Below, in pieces: positions 9,101 to 17,019 of a stretch of 36,941 nt of DNA. Source of the stretch: Sphingopyxis sp. (GTDB lineage: Bacteria > Pseudomonadota > Alphaproteobacteria > Sphingomonadales > Sphingomonadaceae); contig DAIUBZ010000001.1 in the NCBI GenBank assembly GCA_036846445.1, positions 1 through 36,941 of the forward strand, given 5' to 3'. The notes under the pieces were generated by a model, which was not told the origin of the DNA, ran no database searches, and saw only the letters and a program-made list of their open reading frames with translations. Positions within the stretch are counted from its first letter, which is position 1, and every line of letters starts with the position of its first letter. The position numbers were made by a program, and so were the translations under genes.

Positions 9101-9509
9101 CAATGGCAAAGCGATTTTCATCACGATCGAGGATGAAAGCGGCACCGCCAACGTCATATTGTGGGAACGCACCTTTGAACGCCACCGCCGCGCGGTGATG
9201 GCGGCGCGCATTTTGCTGATCGAGGGCGAGGTGCAGGTCAGCCCCGAGGGCATTGTCCATCTGATGGCCAGCCGGGTGGTGGACCGCAGCGCCGAACTGG
9301 CCCACCTTGGCGACATGGACCTGGCCCCGCTGACCCCGCCGCTGGCCCGTGCCGACGAAGTCGCCCGGCCCATCGCGCCGCGCCGCCGCGCCGCCGCAGA
9401 TCCGCACCAGAACGCCCAGCCGCTGCCGCCCGCGCGCGACCCGCGCCCCCCCACTGCGCGCCACCCGCGCGATGTGCGGGTGCTGCCCAAATCACGGGAT
9501 TTTCACTGA
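6123..9509 (+). CDS. dnaE2: Error-prone DNA polymerase DnaE2 (ImuC)
   Basis: PHP region HYSFLRGAS, GRGSAANS, catalytic PPDIDVDFEH, KVDVLALG, YGFPESHA, OB fold and terminal SRDFH motif. ATG 6123 overlaps the imuB stop (ATGA). Confidence 0.97.
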   Translation: MTAPALPPPYADPVAASHYSFLRGASSGAALVERALALGLAGLGIADRNSVAGVVRAHVALRDAKAAGTAGAADFRLIVGARLCFADGTPDIAAYPADRAGWGALTRLLTLGNRRAVKGECCLTLPDLLALSGGGAGAPLQLILLPDPARMPGAGDAAVLGQVAAAFPGALWLGAVMPRGGRDGRRLAALAAIADAAGVPLIATSDALYADAAARPLHDVMTAIRCHTPVARAGKRLAANAERHLHGPAEIARLFAAHPDAVAQTARFFAGIRFSLDQLRYEYPGEPVPPGYDAQGWLTELVRRRAAARWPDGVPPAMQALIDEELPLIAQMEYAPYFLTVHDIVAWAQARGILCQGRGSAANSAVCYILGITAVDPSKYNLLFSRFISEERREPPDIDVDFEHERREEVIQYIYARYGRDRAAIAATTIHYRPRSAVREVGKALGLSQDVTARLASTIWGSFSGKLDEARFAEAGFDIHNPEIARVNGIVQQLLMTPRHLSQHVGGFVLTAGRLDELVPICNAAMPDRTFIEWDKDDIDALGLMKVDVLALGMLTCIAKAFDLVAATGGPRYTLDSVPDDAPDVYAMLGRGDSIGIFQIESRAQMNMLPRIRPRCFYDLAIQVAIVRPGPIQGEMVHPYLRRRQGREPVEFPSPHPDHGPADELEQVLGKTLGVPLFQEQAMKLAIVAAGFTPSEANMLRRSMATFRRVGGMHTFWDKLVGGMVARGYEPQFAERCFRQIEGFGSYGFPESHAIAFARLVWVSAYLRCRYPAAFAAALLNAQPMGFYAPAQIVRDAQDHGVTVLGVDVNASGWDNRLEPTDGGWALRLGLRQIDGFRAVWADAIAGVQAEPFASIEDAARRAALPPPALRLLADADAFASIGLGRRAAAWDVRRTPARQLDLFAAMAAPELAAEPDAQLPTMALGEQVAADYQLLRLSLRAHPMALLRPRFDADRAADRGADRVVRCADVGAAGNGRRVRAAGVVLVRQRPGNGKAIFITIEDESGTANVILWERTFERHRRAVMAARILLIEGEVQVSPEGIVHLMASRVVDRSAELAHLGDMDLAPLTPPLARADEVARPIAPRRRAAADPHQNAQPLPPARDPRPPTARHPRDVRVLPKSRDFH
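8981..9016 (+). repeat. 3 x 12-bp in-frame tandem repeat inside dnaE2
   Basis: cgctgatcgggc / cgctgatcgggg / cgctgatcgggt, encoding ADRA-ADRG-ADRV. Confidence 0.9.
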
Positions 9510-9510
9510 C

Positions 9511-9540
9511 GCAATTTGGGGCAATTTGGGGCAATTTGGT
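9511..9540. repeat. 3 x 10-bp tandem repeat between the convergent dnaE2 and BLUF genes
   Basis: gcaatttggg gcaatttggg gcaatttggt, starting 2 nt after the dnaE2 stop. Confidence 0.92.
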
Positions 9541-9557
9541 GCCGGGCTACCGCTGCG

Positions 9558-10616
9558 CTACGACCCGCCCCGCGCCGCCGCCCGCGCTTCGACCAGCTTG
9601 GCCAGGCTGAGCGCCGTGCCGATGCTGGTGGTGCGGGCACAATCCGCCCCGACCGACGCCGCCGTCGCCATGGCCTCGGCAAACAGGCGGCCGCCGACCG
9701 AAATCACCATCACCTCCGCCGGGCGGGCGCGGCGGCTGAGCGCCACCGCATCGCGCAGCGGGTCCAGCCGATCGGCCCGGCGCAGCACATCCGACAGGCC
9801 GATATCGACCACATCGGGCCGCTGGTCGCTGATCTGGTTGGCCAGCGCCTCTGCGGTGTCGGGAAAGGCCAGATCGACGGTCCAGCCTGCATTGAAAAAC
9901 ATGTCGCCCAAAAATGACGCGCCCGCCAAATGCCCCTCGCCCGGCGCGGTGGCCAGCAATATGCTGTGCCGCACTGGCGCCATCTGGCCCGCATCGGCGC
10001 CGCTGGCCAAATGGCAATAAATGCTGTGCCCGGCCAGTTGCAACACGCTGAGTGCAATCGTCAAATCCATCTCGCAACATTTGTCGGCCAGCCAAATGTC
10101 ACCCAGCGCCCGCGCCGCCGGTTCCAGCACCTGGCCCACGATCACATCCGCCAGCCACCCGTCGGCTGCCAGCCCGGCGAACAGATCGCCCAAATCATCG
10201 TCGCGGCCCGCCAGCGCCAACGCCGCCACCCGGGGCACCACATCCGCCAGCGCGCCGCCATCGCCCGCCGCCGGGCGCGGCGGGGCCAGATTGCGGGCAT
10301 AAAACTGCATGTCCCACCCGGAAAACAGCCGGGCGGGGATCAATTGCTGGCTCAGCACCTCAATCCGCTGGTGGCGCGGGTCGCGCTGAATCGCCGCCCA
10401 CACTGCATCGACTGCCGCCGGTTCGCCCTCAAGCGTCTGGAGAAACCGGCTGCCGTCGCACAGCAACATGCCGGTCAGGCCCAGTTTGCGGTTGCGCGCC
10501 TGTGCCTGGCCAACCAAATGCTGCAATTGCGCCGCAGTCGGCGGGCGCGTGGCCTGGCTGTGATAGGTAATACTGGCCACCCAGCCAGTCCGGCTTGTCC
10601 CGGCAACTTCAGTCAT
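9558..10616 (-). CDS. AppA-like blue-light sensor: BLUF + four-helix bundle + B12/heme-binding (SCHIC-like) domain
   Basis: BLUF residues ITYHS, ARNRKLGLTGML, FLQTLEG, RDPRH and FSGWDM. Then VLEPAARALGDIW (helical cap) and ILLATAPGEGHLAGA..FFNAGWTV..RPDVVDIGLS..ISVGGRLF (B12-binding fold). SD GGAGG lies 5 nt before ATG 10616. Confidence 0.85.
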   Translation of the reverse strand: MTEVAGTSRTGWVASITYHSQATRPPTAAQLQHLVGQAQARNRKLGLTGMLLCDGSRFLQTLEGEPAAVDAVWAAIQRDPRHQRIEVLSQQLIPARLFSGWDMQFYARNLAPPRPAAGDGGALADVVPRVAALALAGRDDDLGDLFAGLAADGWLADVIVGQVLEPAARALGDIWLADKCCEMDLTIALSVLQLAGHSIYCHLASGADAGQMAPVRHSILLATAPGEGHLAGASFLGDMFFNAGWTVDLAFPDTAEALANQISDQRPDVVDIGLSDVLRRADRLDPLRDAVALSRRARPAEVMVISVGGRLFAEAMATAASVGADCARTTSIGTALSLAKLVEARAAARGGS

Positions 10617-10685
10617 CGCCGCCTCCCGCCAGCCCCTGCTGGCTGCCCGACTCGGCTGCATCGGCCGTGCCTTATTCCCACTATG

Positions 10686-10703
10686 TGTCAAGTTTTGCTG
10701 ACA
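10686..10703. promoter_or_regulatory. PpsR/CrtJ-type palindrome TGT-N12-ACA
   Basis: TGTCAagttttgcTGACA, about 70 nt upstream of the AppA-like start. It overlaps the -10 of a candidate minus-strand promoter TTGACG (10719-10714)-N17-AAAACT (10696-10691). Confidence 0.78.
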
Positions 10704-10745
10704 CCGCTGCCTCCGTCAAGGCCAAAACGGGCGCCGAGCGCCGCC

Positions 10746-13037
10746 TCATTCGCCCAGATCAACCCCATTGGCCGCTGCCCAGGCGCGATATTGTCCCCGG
10801 GGGTCGCTGCTCGGCTGGGCCAAAATCGCGGGCATTGCCGCCCGCAGGGCCGCCAGATCGAGCGAGCGGACCATGGCCTTGACCGGGCCAACCCCCGCCG
10901 GGCTGATCGACAGGCGGCCCAGTCCCAGCCCCAACAGCGCCATCGCCTCCAGTGGCCGCCCGCCCATTTCGCCGCACAGACCAATGTCCACCTTGGCCGC
11001 ATGGCTTTGCTGAACCACCCGCGACACAAACCGCATGACGGTGGGCGACAACCAATCATAACGTTCCGCCAGCCGAGGATGGGACCGGTCAGCGGCGAAC
11101 AGAAATTGGGTGAGATCGTTGGTGCCAATCGACAGAAAATCGAGGTGCGGCAGCAACAGGTCCAGCGTCTCGGCCAGCCCCGGCACCTCCAGCATCGCAC
11201 CATATTGGATCGCCACCGGCATTTTTGTGCCGCGCCGCGCCAGCCAGTCGCGCTGCTGGGCGAACAGCGCGCGGGCGGCGGCAAATTCCCACGGTTCCGA
11301 CACCATCGGAAACATCACCCGCAAGGTCCGCCCCGCCGCTGCCGTGATCAGCGCCCGCGCCTGCACCTTCAGCAGCCCCTCGCGGTCGAGCGACAGGCGC
11401 AGCGCCCGCCAGCCCATCGCCGGATTGTCCTCCCGATCATCTGCGGTGCGCATATAGGGCAGCGCCTTGTCGCCGCCGATGTCCAGCGTGCGAAAAATCA
11501 CCGGACGCTCACCCGCTGCATCCAGCACATCGCGGTACAGCCGCTGCTGCCGGTCGCGCTGCGGCAAGGTGGCGGAAACCAGAAACTGAAATTCAGTCCG
11601 GAACAGGCCAATCCCCGCCGCGCCGGTCAATTCCAGCGCGTTCAAATCCTCGCGCAGCCCGGCGTTGATCATCAATTCCACCGGCTGGCCGTCGCGGCTG
11701 ACCGCGGGCAGATCGCGCAGCGCCGCCAGGCTGGCCCGCCGCTTCTGGCCAAGCTGAAGCTGGCCGGTGAATTCATCCTGTACCGCCGCACTCGGCCGCA
11801 CCTGCACCGTGCCATGGTTGGCATCCAGCAACAGCAAATCGCCCTCGCGCACCACGCTGCGCAAATTGCGGACCCGGCCCAGCACCGGCACCCCCATCGC
11901 CCGGGCCACGATGATGACATGGGCGGTCAGCGATCCTTCCTCCAGCACCACGCCCTTCAGCCGCCGCCGGTCATATTCCAGCAATTCCGCCGGGCCGAGA
12001 TTGCGGGCCAGCAAAATGCTGTCCCGGCGCAGGCCAAGCTGCGCCGCCGTGCTCATCTGACCGGACACAATCCGCAGCAGCCGGTTCGACAAATCCTCCA
12101 GATCGTGCATCCGGTCGCGCAGCAGCGGGTCGTCAATCTGGCGCATCCGCATCCGGGTGCGTTGTTGCACCCGTTCAATCGCCGCCTCGGCGGTCAGGCC
12201 GCTGTCGATCGCCTCGTTAATCCGCCGCGACCAGCCCTCGTCATAGGCAAACATTTTATAGGTATCGAGCACCTCATGATGTTCGCCGCCCGCGCTGAAA
12301 TCAGCCTGGCTGGCCATCCGCTCAATCTGGTCGCGCATCCGGTCGAATGCCGCGTAAACCCGGCGCCGCTCGGCCTCCGTATCTTCGGCCACCGTCTGGT
12401 CGATGATGATCCGGGGCTGGTGAAACACCGCCGCTCCCGCGCCCATGCCCTCCACCATCCGCTGACCAGTCAGCCGCGCGGGCGCGCTCGACAGGCTGCC
12501 CGCGCCGCTGGCCTCGGCATCAATCAGCCCGGCACTGCCGATCAATTCGCTGACCACCATCGCCACGGTTTGCAGCGTTTCAATTTCCAGATCGTGGTAA
12601 CGGCGTGGATCGCGGTGCTGAACACACAGCACCCCCACCGCCTGTTCGCGCCGCACCACCGGCACCCCGGCAAAGCTGGCGAACAATTCCTCGCCGGTTT
12701 CCGGGCGATAGGCAAAATCGGGGTGGGCGGCGGCCTCGGCCAGATTCAGCGTCTCAATCCGCTCGGCAATGCTGCCCACCAGCCCCTCGCCCAGCCCCAG
12801 CCGGGTCACATGGACCGCCGACTGATTAAGGCCGACCGTGGCGAACAATTCCAGTACCCCGTCGCGCAACAGGTAAATCGAGCACACCTCGCTGTCCAGC
12901 GCAGTGCCGATCACCTCGACCACCTGATTCAATTTGGCCTGGGCATTGGCGCGCGACGCCATCACCTCGTGCAACCGGGTCAGGATGGTGCGGGCCGAAC
13001 GGGCGGCGGATGACGGCGGCGGCGGGGCGGTGGTCAT
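10746..13037 (-). CDS. ptsP: Phosphoenolpyruvate-protein phosphotransferase EI(Ntr)
   Basis: N-terminal GAF domain (EVCSIYL..LFATVGL..GEGLVG..YRPETGEE), phospho-His GSLTAHV, GIGLFRTEF, RTLDIGGDK, SIGTNDLTQF and LCGE. Confidence 0.95.
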   Translation of the reverse strand: MTTAPPPPSSAARSARTILTRLHEVMASRANAQAKLNQVVEVIGTALDSEVCSIYLLRDGVLELFATVGLNQSAVHVTRLGLGEGLVGSIAERIETLNLAEAAAHPDFAYRPETGEELFASFAGVPVVRREQAVGVLCVQHRDPRRYHDLEIETLQTVAMVVSELIGSAGLIDAEASGAGSLSSAPARLTGQRMVEGMGAGAAVFHQPRIIIDQTVAEDTEAERRRVYAAFDRMRDQIERMASQADFSAGGEHHEVLDTYKMFAYDEGWSRRINEAIDSGLTAEAAIERVQQRTRMRMRQIDDPLLRDRMHDLEDLSNRLLRIVSGQMSTAAQLGLRRDSILLARNLGPAELLEYDRRRLKGVVLEEGSLTAHVIIVARAMGVPVLGRVRNLRSVVREGDLLLLDANHGTVQVRPSAAVQDEFTGQLQLGQKRRASLAALRDLPAVSRDGQPVELMINAGLREDLNALELTGAAGIGLFRTEFQFLVSATLPQRDRQQRLYRDVLDAAGERPVIFRTLDIGGDKALPYMRTADDREDNPAMGWRALRLSLDREGLLKVQARALITAAAGRTLRVMFPMVSEPWEFAAARALFAQQRDWLARRGTKMPVAIQYGAMLEVPGLAETLDLLLPHLDFLSIGTNDLTQFLFAADRSHPRLAERYDWLSPTVMRFVSRVVQQSHAAKVDIGLCGEMGGRPLEAMALLGLGLGRLSISPAGVGPVKAMVRSLDLAALRAAMPAILAQPSSDPRGQYRAWAAANGVDLGE

Positions 13038-13099
13038 GGCAATTGGCCTACCAGACCCGCCCGCGCCGCGCCATGGCACAATTGGCGCGGGCGGTCAGA

Positions 13100-13804
13100 T
13101 CAGGACGGACCGGTCACCGGCGGCTGCACCGCCACGGTCACCGCTGTGGGCGGCGGGGCATAGGCCAGATCCCACGCGGCCGCGTCACGCTGATACCTGG
13201 CAAAGGCGGCATAAAAATCCCGGAACGGCTGGTCCATCACATCCAGCCGCCGCCGCGCCTCGGCAAATTGGGTGGCAGCGGGACCGGCGGCAATTTCCTC
13301 GGCCATCGGCAGGGCAGCAGCGCAAAAGGCAGGGCCAGCGGTCGGCTGGGCAAAATAGTTGAACAGCCGGGTGGACAAGGCATCGCGAGCGGCGATGCCG
13401 TTGGTGCGGCTGGATTTGGCCAGATCGGCGATCACGGCGCGCTCGGCGGCGCGGATCGCCGCGCTGTGATTGGCAACAAAGCGGTTATAGGCGGCGACCA
13501 GCGGCACCTCTACCGTGCCCCGACAGCCGACGGCGGCGACATTCAGCGCGGTCCGCACATGCCAGAACGCCCGTTCGCCGCTGACCCCGCTGTTGATCGT
13601 GACATATTGGCCGTCCGCGCCAATTGGCGGCAGTTGCTGGGTATCGGCGGCAAAACCGGGCGATTGCGGGCGCGGCGGGATCACCACCACCGGCGGCGGC
13701 ACGACCAGCGGCGGCGGCGGCGGCGGCAAGGGCGCGGGTTTGGGCGCACAGGCAGCCGCCAGCGCCAGCACCGCACCCAAAGCAAACACCCGCAACCGCC
13801 GCAT
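13100..13804 (-). CDS. Hypothetical lipoprotein with poly-proline linker
   Basis: Basic N-terminus, hydrophobic stretch and lipobox-like LAAAC, then a Pro-rich linker and a helical domain with two Cys (AVGC, AFC). SD GGAGA at 13815-13811. Co-oriented with its neighbours. Confidence 0.75.
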   Translation of the reverse strand: MRRLRVFALGAVLALAAACAPKPAPLPPPPPPLVVPPPVVVIPPRPQSPGFAADTQQLPPIGADGQYVTINSGVSGERAFWHVRTALNVAAVGCRGTVEVPLVAAYNRFVANHSAAIRAAERAVIADLAKSSRTNGIAARDALSTRLFNYFAQPTAGPAFCAAALPMAEEIAAGPAATQFAEARRRLDVMDQPFRDFYAAFARYQRDAAAWDLAYAPPPTAVTVAVQPPVTGPS

Positions 13805-13853
13805 CATCACTCTCCGCCACTCTCTATGCTATTTTGGCCGACGTGTTTGCCAC

Positions 13854-14867
13854 CTAATCACCCCGGCGTCCAGCCAGCGCCGCCCGCGCCTGATCCATCA
13901 GTGCGGCAATGATCGCCGCCACCGGCTCGCTGTGGGTCAGCATCCCCACCGATTGCCCGGCCATCAGCGAGCCGCCCGCCACATCGCCGTCCACCACCGC
14001 GCGGCGCAGCGCCCCCGCCCAAAACTGCTCCACCATCAACGCGGCGGCGGCCTGGTCCACTTCGCCCGCGTCCAGCCGGGCCGCCAGACCGCGCTGCACC
14101 TCCACAAAGTCAGCGGCGGCAGCATTTTTCAGCGCACGCACCGGGATCACCGGCAGGCGGGGGTCAAGCTGGACACTGGCCACCGCGTCGCGGGCCGATG
14201 CGGCAAACAAGGCCGCCTTGAACGCCGGATGGGCGATCGATTCGGTGGCGGCCGCAAAACGCGTGCCCAATTGCACCCCGCTCGCGCCCATTTCCAGAAA
14301 GGCGGCAATCGCCTCGCCGCGCCCGATGCCGCCCGCCACAAATATGGGCACCGCCGCGCCCATGGTGGGCAGGATTTCCTGCGCCAGCACCTGGGTGGAC
14401 ACCGGGCCAATATGGCCCCCAGCCTCATGCCCCTCGATAATCAGCCCGTCCACGCCGCGCTGCACCAGCCGCCGCGCCATCGCCAGCGTCGGGGCAAAGC
14501 AGAGCAGCCGCACGCCGGGTGCGGCCTTGATCGCGTCCAGCGCGCCGCGCGGCGGCAGCCCGCCTGCCAGCACGATATGGCTGACCCGGCGCTGGATACA
14601 CACCGCAATCAGCGCATCGAGGTCCGGATGCATGGTAATCAGGTTCACGCCAAATGGCCGCCCGGTCAGCGCGCGGGTCGCGGCGATTTCTGCATCCAGC
14701 AGCGCCGGGGTCATCGACCCGCACGCCAGCACGCCAAAGCCCCCGCCATTGCTGATCGCGCTGACCAGATGGCGTTCCGACACCCAGCTCATCGCCCCGC
14801 ACATGATCGCGGTTTCGCTGCCAAGCAGAGCGCAGCCGCGCTGCATCAATTGGCCAAGCCGATCCAT
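13854..14867 (-). CDS. Nitronate monooxygenase / FabK-like flavin oxidoreductase
   Basis: AIMCGAMSWVS, RPFGVNLI, IIEGHEAGGHIG, VAGGIG, GVQLGTRF and MAGQSVG. Start at MDRLG is inferred. Confidence 0.88.
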   Translation of the reverse strand: MDRLGQLMQRGCALLGSETAIMCGAMSWVSERHLVSAISNGGGFGVLACGSMTPALLDAEIAATRALTGRPFGVNLITMHPDLDALIAVCIQRRVSHIVLAGGLPPRGALDAIKAAPGVRLLCFAPTLAMARRLVQRGVDGLIIEGHEAGGHIGPVSTQVLAQEILPTMGAAVPIFVAGGIGRGEAIAAFLEMGASGVQLGTRFAAATESIAHPAFKAALFAASARDAVASVQLDPRLPVIPVRALKNAAAADFVEVQRGLAARLDAGEVDQAAAALMVEQFWAGALRRAVVDGDVAGGSLMAGQSVGMLTHSEPVAAIIAALMDQARAALAGRRGD

Positions 14868-14892
14868 CGCCGCTGATCTGGGCCGCGACTGC

Positions 14893-16161
14893 TTAACCGG
14901 CCATGACCGGCGCATCGAGACCATAGGCGCTGTGCAGCACCCGCACCGCCAATTCGGCCGCATCCTCGTCGATCAGCACGCTGACTTTGATCTCGCTGGT
15001 CGAGATCGCCTGAATGTTGATGCCGCGTTCGGCCAGCACCCGGAACATCGTGCTGGCCACCCCGGCATGGCTTTTCATGCCGACGCCGACCACGCTGACC
15101 TTGGCGACCTGGGCGTTGCAGATCAGGCGGTAATAGCCGATGTCGGCCTGCTGCGCCTCCAGCAGCGCCTGGGTTCCGGCCAGATCGGCAGCCGGAACGG
15201 TGAAGGTCACATCCGTCTCGCCCTTTTCCTTGGCGATATTCTGGATAATCATGTCCACATTGATGTTGGCGGCGGCCAGCGGGCCGAAAATGGCCGCCAC
15301 CGCGCCGGGCCGGTCGGCAATGCGGGTCAGGGTGATTTTCGCCTCGCCCCGGTCGGCGGCGATGCCGGTGATCAATTGGCGTTCCACGTTCATCTCCTCC
15401 AGTTCGGCATCGCTGACAATCATGGTGCCGGCCAGCGCGGCCGTGTCATCCCCGGCAAAGCTGGACAAGACCCGCACCCGCACCCCCATTTTCATGGCCA
15501 GCCCGACCGAGCGGGTTTGCAGCACCTTGGCCCCGACACTGGCCAGCTCCAGCATTTCCTCATAGGTCACATAGTCCAGCCGCCGGGCGCGCGAGGCGAT
15601 GCGCGGGTCGGTGGTGTAAACCCCATCGACATCGGTGTAGATATCGCACCGCTCTGCCCCCAGCGCCGCCGCCACCGCCACCGCGCTGGTGTCCGACCCG
15701 CCCCGGCCCAGCGTGGTGATGCGCCCGGCATCGCTGACCCCCTGAAACCCGGGAATCACTGCCACTTCACCCGCGTCCAGCGCGGCGGCCAGCGCGGCGG
15801 TGGCGATGGTGCTGATCCGCGCCTTGGCATGGCCCTCAACCGTCGCGATGGGCAATTGCCACCCCTGCCAACTGCGCGCTGCCAGCCCGCGGGCGTGCAG
15901 CGCCAGCGCCAGCAGCCCGGCGCTCACCTGTTCGCCGCTGGCCACCACCGCATCATATTCCGCCGCATCGGGCACGCCGCCCGCCGGGTCGGCGGCATGG
16001 CACAGGGCGACCAGCCGATCCGTCTCGCCCGCCATCGCCGACACCACCACCGCCACCCGGTGCCCCGCCGCCACCTCGGCGGCCACCAGTGCGGCGACGG
16101 CGGCAATCCGCTGCGTGCCCGCCATCGACGTGCCGCCAAATTTCATCACGAGTGTCGCCAT
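14893..16161 (-). CDS. lysC: Aspartate kinase
   Basis: VMKFGGTS, VVVSAMAGETD, TTLGRGGSDTSA, IYTDVDGVYTTDPR and two C-terminal ACT domains (..ISTSEIKVSV). Confidence 0.97.
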   Translation of the reverse strand: MATLVMKFGGTSMAGTQRIAAVAALVAAEVAAGHRVAVVVSAMAGETDRLVALCHAADPAGGVPDAAEYDAVVASGEQVSAGLLALALHARGLAARSWQGWQLPIATVEGHAKARISTIATAALAAALDAGEVAVIPGFQGVSDAGRITTLGRGGSDTSAVAVAAALGAERCDIYTDVDGVYTTDPRIASRARRLDYVTYEEMLELASVGAKVLQTRSVGLAMKMGVRVRVLSSFAGDDTAALAGTMIVSDAELEEMNVERQLITGIAADRGEAKITLTRIADRPGAVAAIFGPLAAANINVDMIIQNIAKEKGETDVTFTVPAADLAGTQALLEAQQADIGYYRLICNAQVAKVSVVGVGMKSHAGVASTMFRVLAERGINIQAISTSEIKVSVLIDEDAAELAVRVLHSAYGLDAPVMAG

Positions 16162-16230
16162 TCATCCCGCCGCCTGATTGCCCGCCAATTCCCGCTGGCC
16201 CCTTGATCGCGCCTGCGTTAAACAGCCGCC

Positions 16231-16998
16231 ATGGCAAACACAAGCGCAACCCCGCCCGCATCGCCGCCGCCGCCCGGGGCCACGATATTGGCGGACGAGG
16301 CGGCACATTTCGCGGCATTGGCCGCTGATTGGTGGAACCCCACCGGCACCAGCGCGATGCTGCACCGGTTGAACCCGGCGCGGCTTGGCTATATCCGCGC
16401 CCAAATTGATCGGCATTTTGGCGGCGACGGCCTGACCCGAACCCCGCTCGCGGGCAAAAGCGCGCTGGACGTCGGCTGCGGCGCGGGGCTGCTCGCCGAA
16501 CCGCTGGCGCGGCTGGGCGCGGCGACCAGCGGGGTTGATGCCGCCCCCGCCAATATCGCGGTGGCCCGGGACCATGCGGCGGCGCAGGCGTTGGCCATCA
16601 CCTACCATGCCGGCGAATTGGCCGCGCTGGAACCGCTCGGCGGGCAATATGATCTGGTCACGTGCATGGAGGTGATCGAACATGTTGCCGACCCTGGCGC
16701 ATTTATTCGGCAATTGGCGGCGCGGGTTGCGCCGGGCGGGCTGTTGATCCTGTCCACCCCCAACCGCACCCTGGCGTCGCGGCTGTTGCTGGTTGGCGCA
16801 GCGGAGCGGCTGGGCATGGTGCCGCCGGGCACCCATGATTGGCAGAAATTCCTGCGCCCCGACGAACTGGCGGCGCTGGTCAGCGCGGCGGGGCTGGTGG
16901 TTCAGGACACCACGCCGCTGTCGCTGTCGCCCGCGCGCGGCTTCATGCTGGGCGGCAGCGATGCGCTGAACTATCTGATGGCGGCAAGCTGGGGCTAA
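16231..16998 (+). CDS. ubiG: Ubiquinone biosynthesis O-methyltransferase
   Basis: HFAALAADWWNP..LHRLNPARL, LDVGCGAGLL, CMEVIEHV, LSTPNRT and GTHDWQKF. Divergent from lysC. Confidence 0.95.
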   Translation: MANTSATPPASPPPPGATILADEAAHFAALAADWWNPTGTSAMLHRLNPARLGYIRAQIDRHFGGDGLTRTPLAGKSALDVGCGAGLLAEPLARLGAATSGVDAAPANIAVARDHAAAQALAITYHAGELAALEPLGGQYDLVTCMEVIEHVADPGAFIRQLAARVAPGGLLILSTPNRTLASRLLLVGAAERLGMVPPGTHDWQKFLRPDELAALVSAAGLVVQDTTPLSLSPARGFMLGGSDALNYLMAASWG

Positions 16999-17019
16999 GC
17001 GCCCGGCACCCAGCGGTGG

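Noticed and set aside
9511..9540. Possible CRISPR array or iteron set
   Set aside because: The units are only 10 bp, directly adjacent with no spacers, and no cas or rep gene is nearby.
9930..13013. 1027-aa plus-strand ORF
   Set aside because: Antisense shadow of ptsP and the BLUF gene. The Arg/Gln/His-rich translation has no motifs, and such ORFs are expected in high-GC coding DNA.
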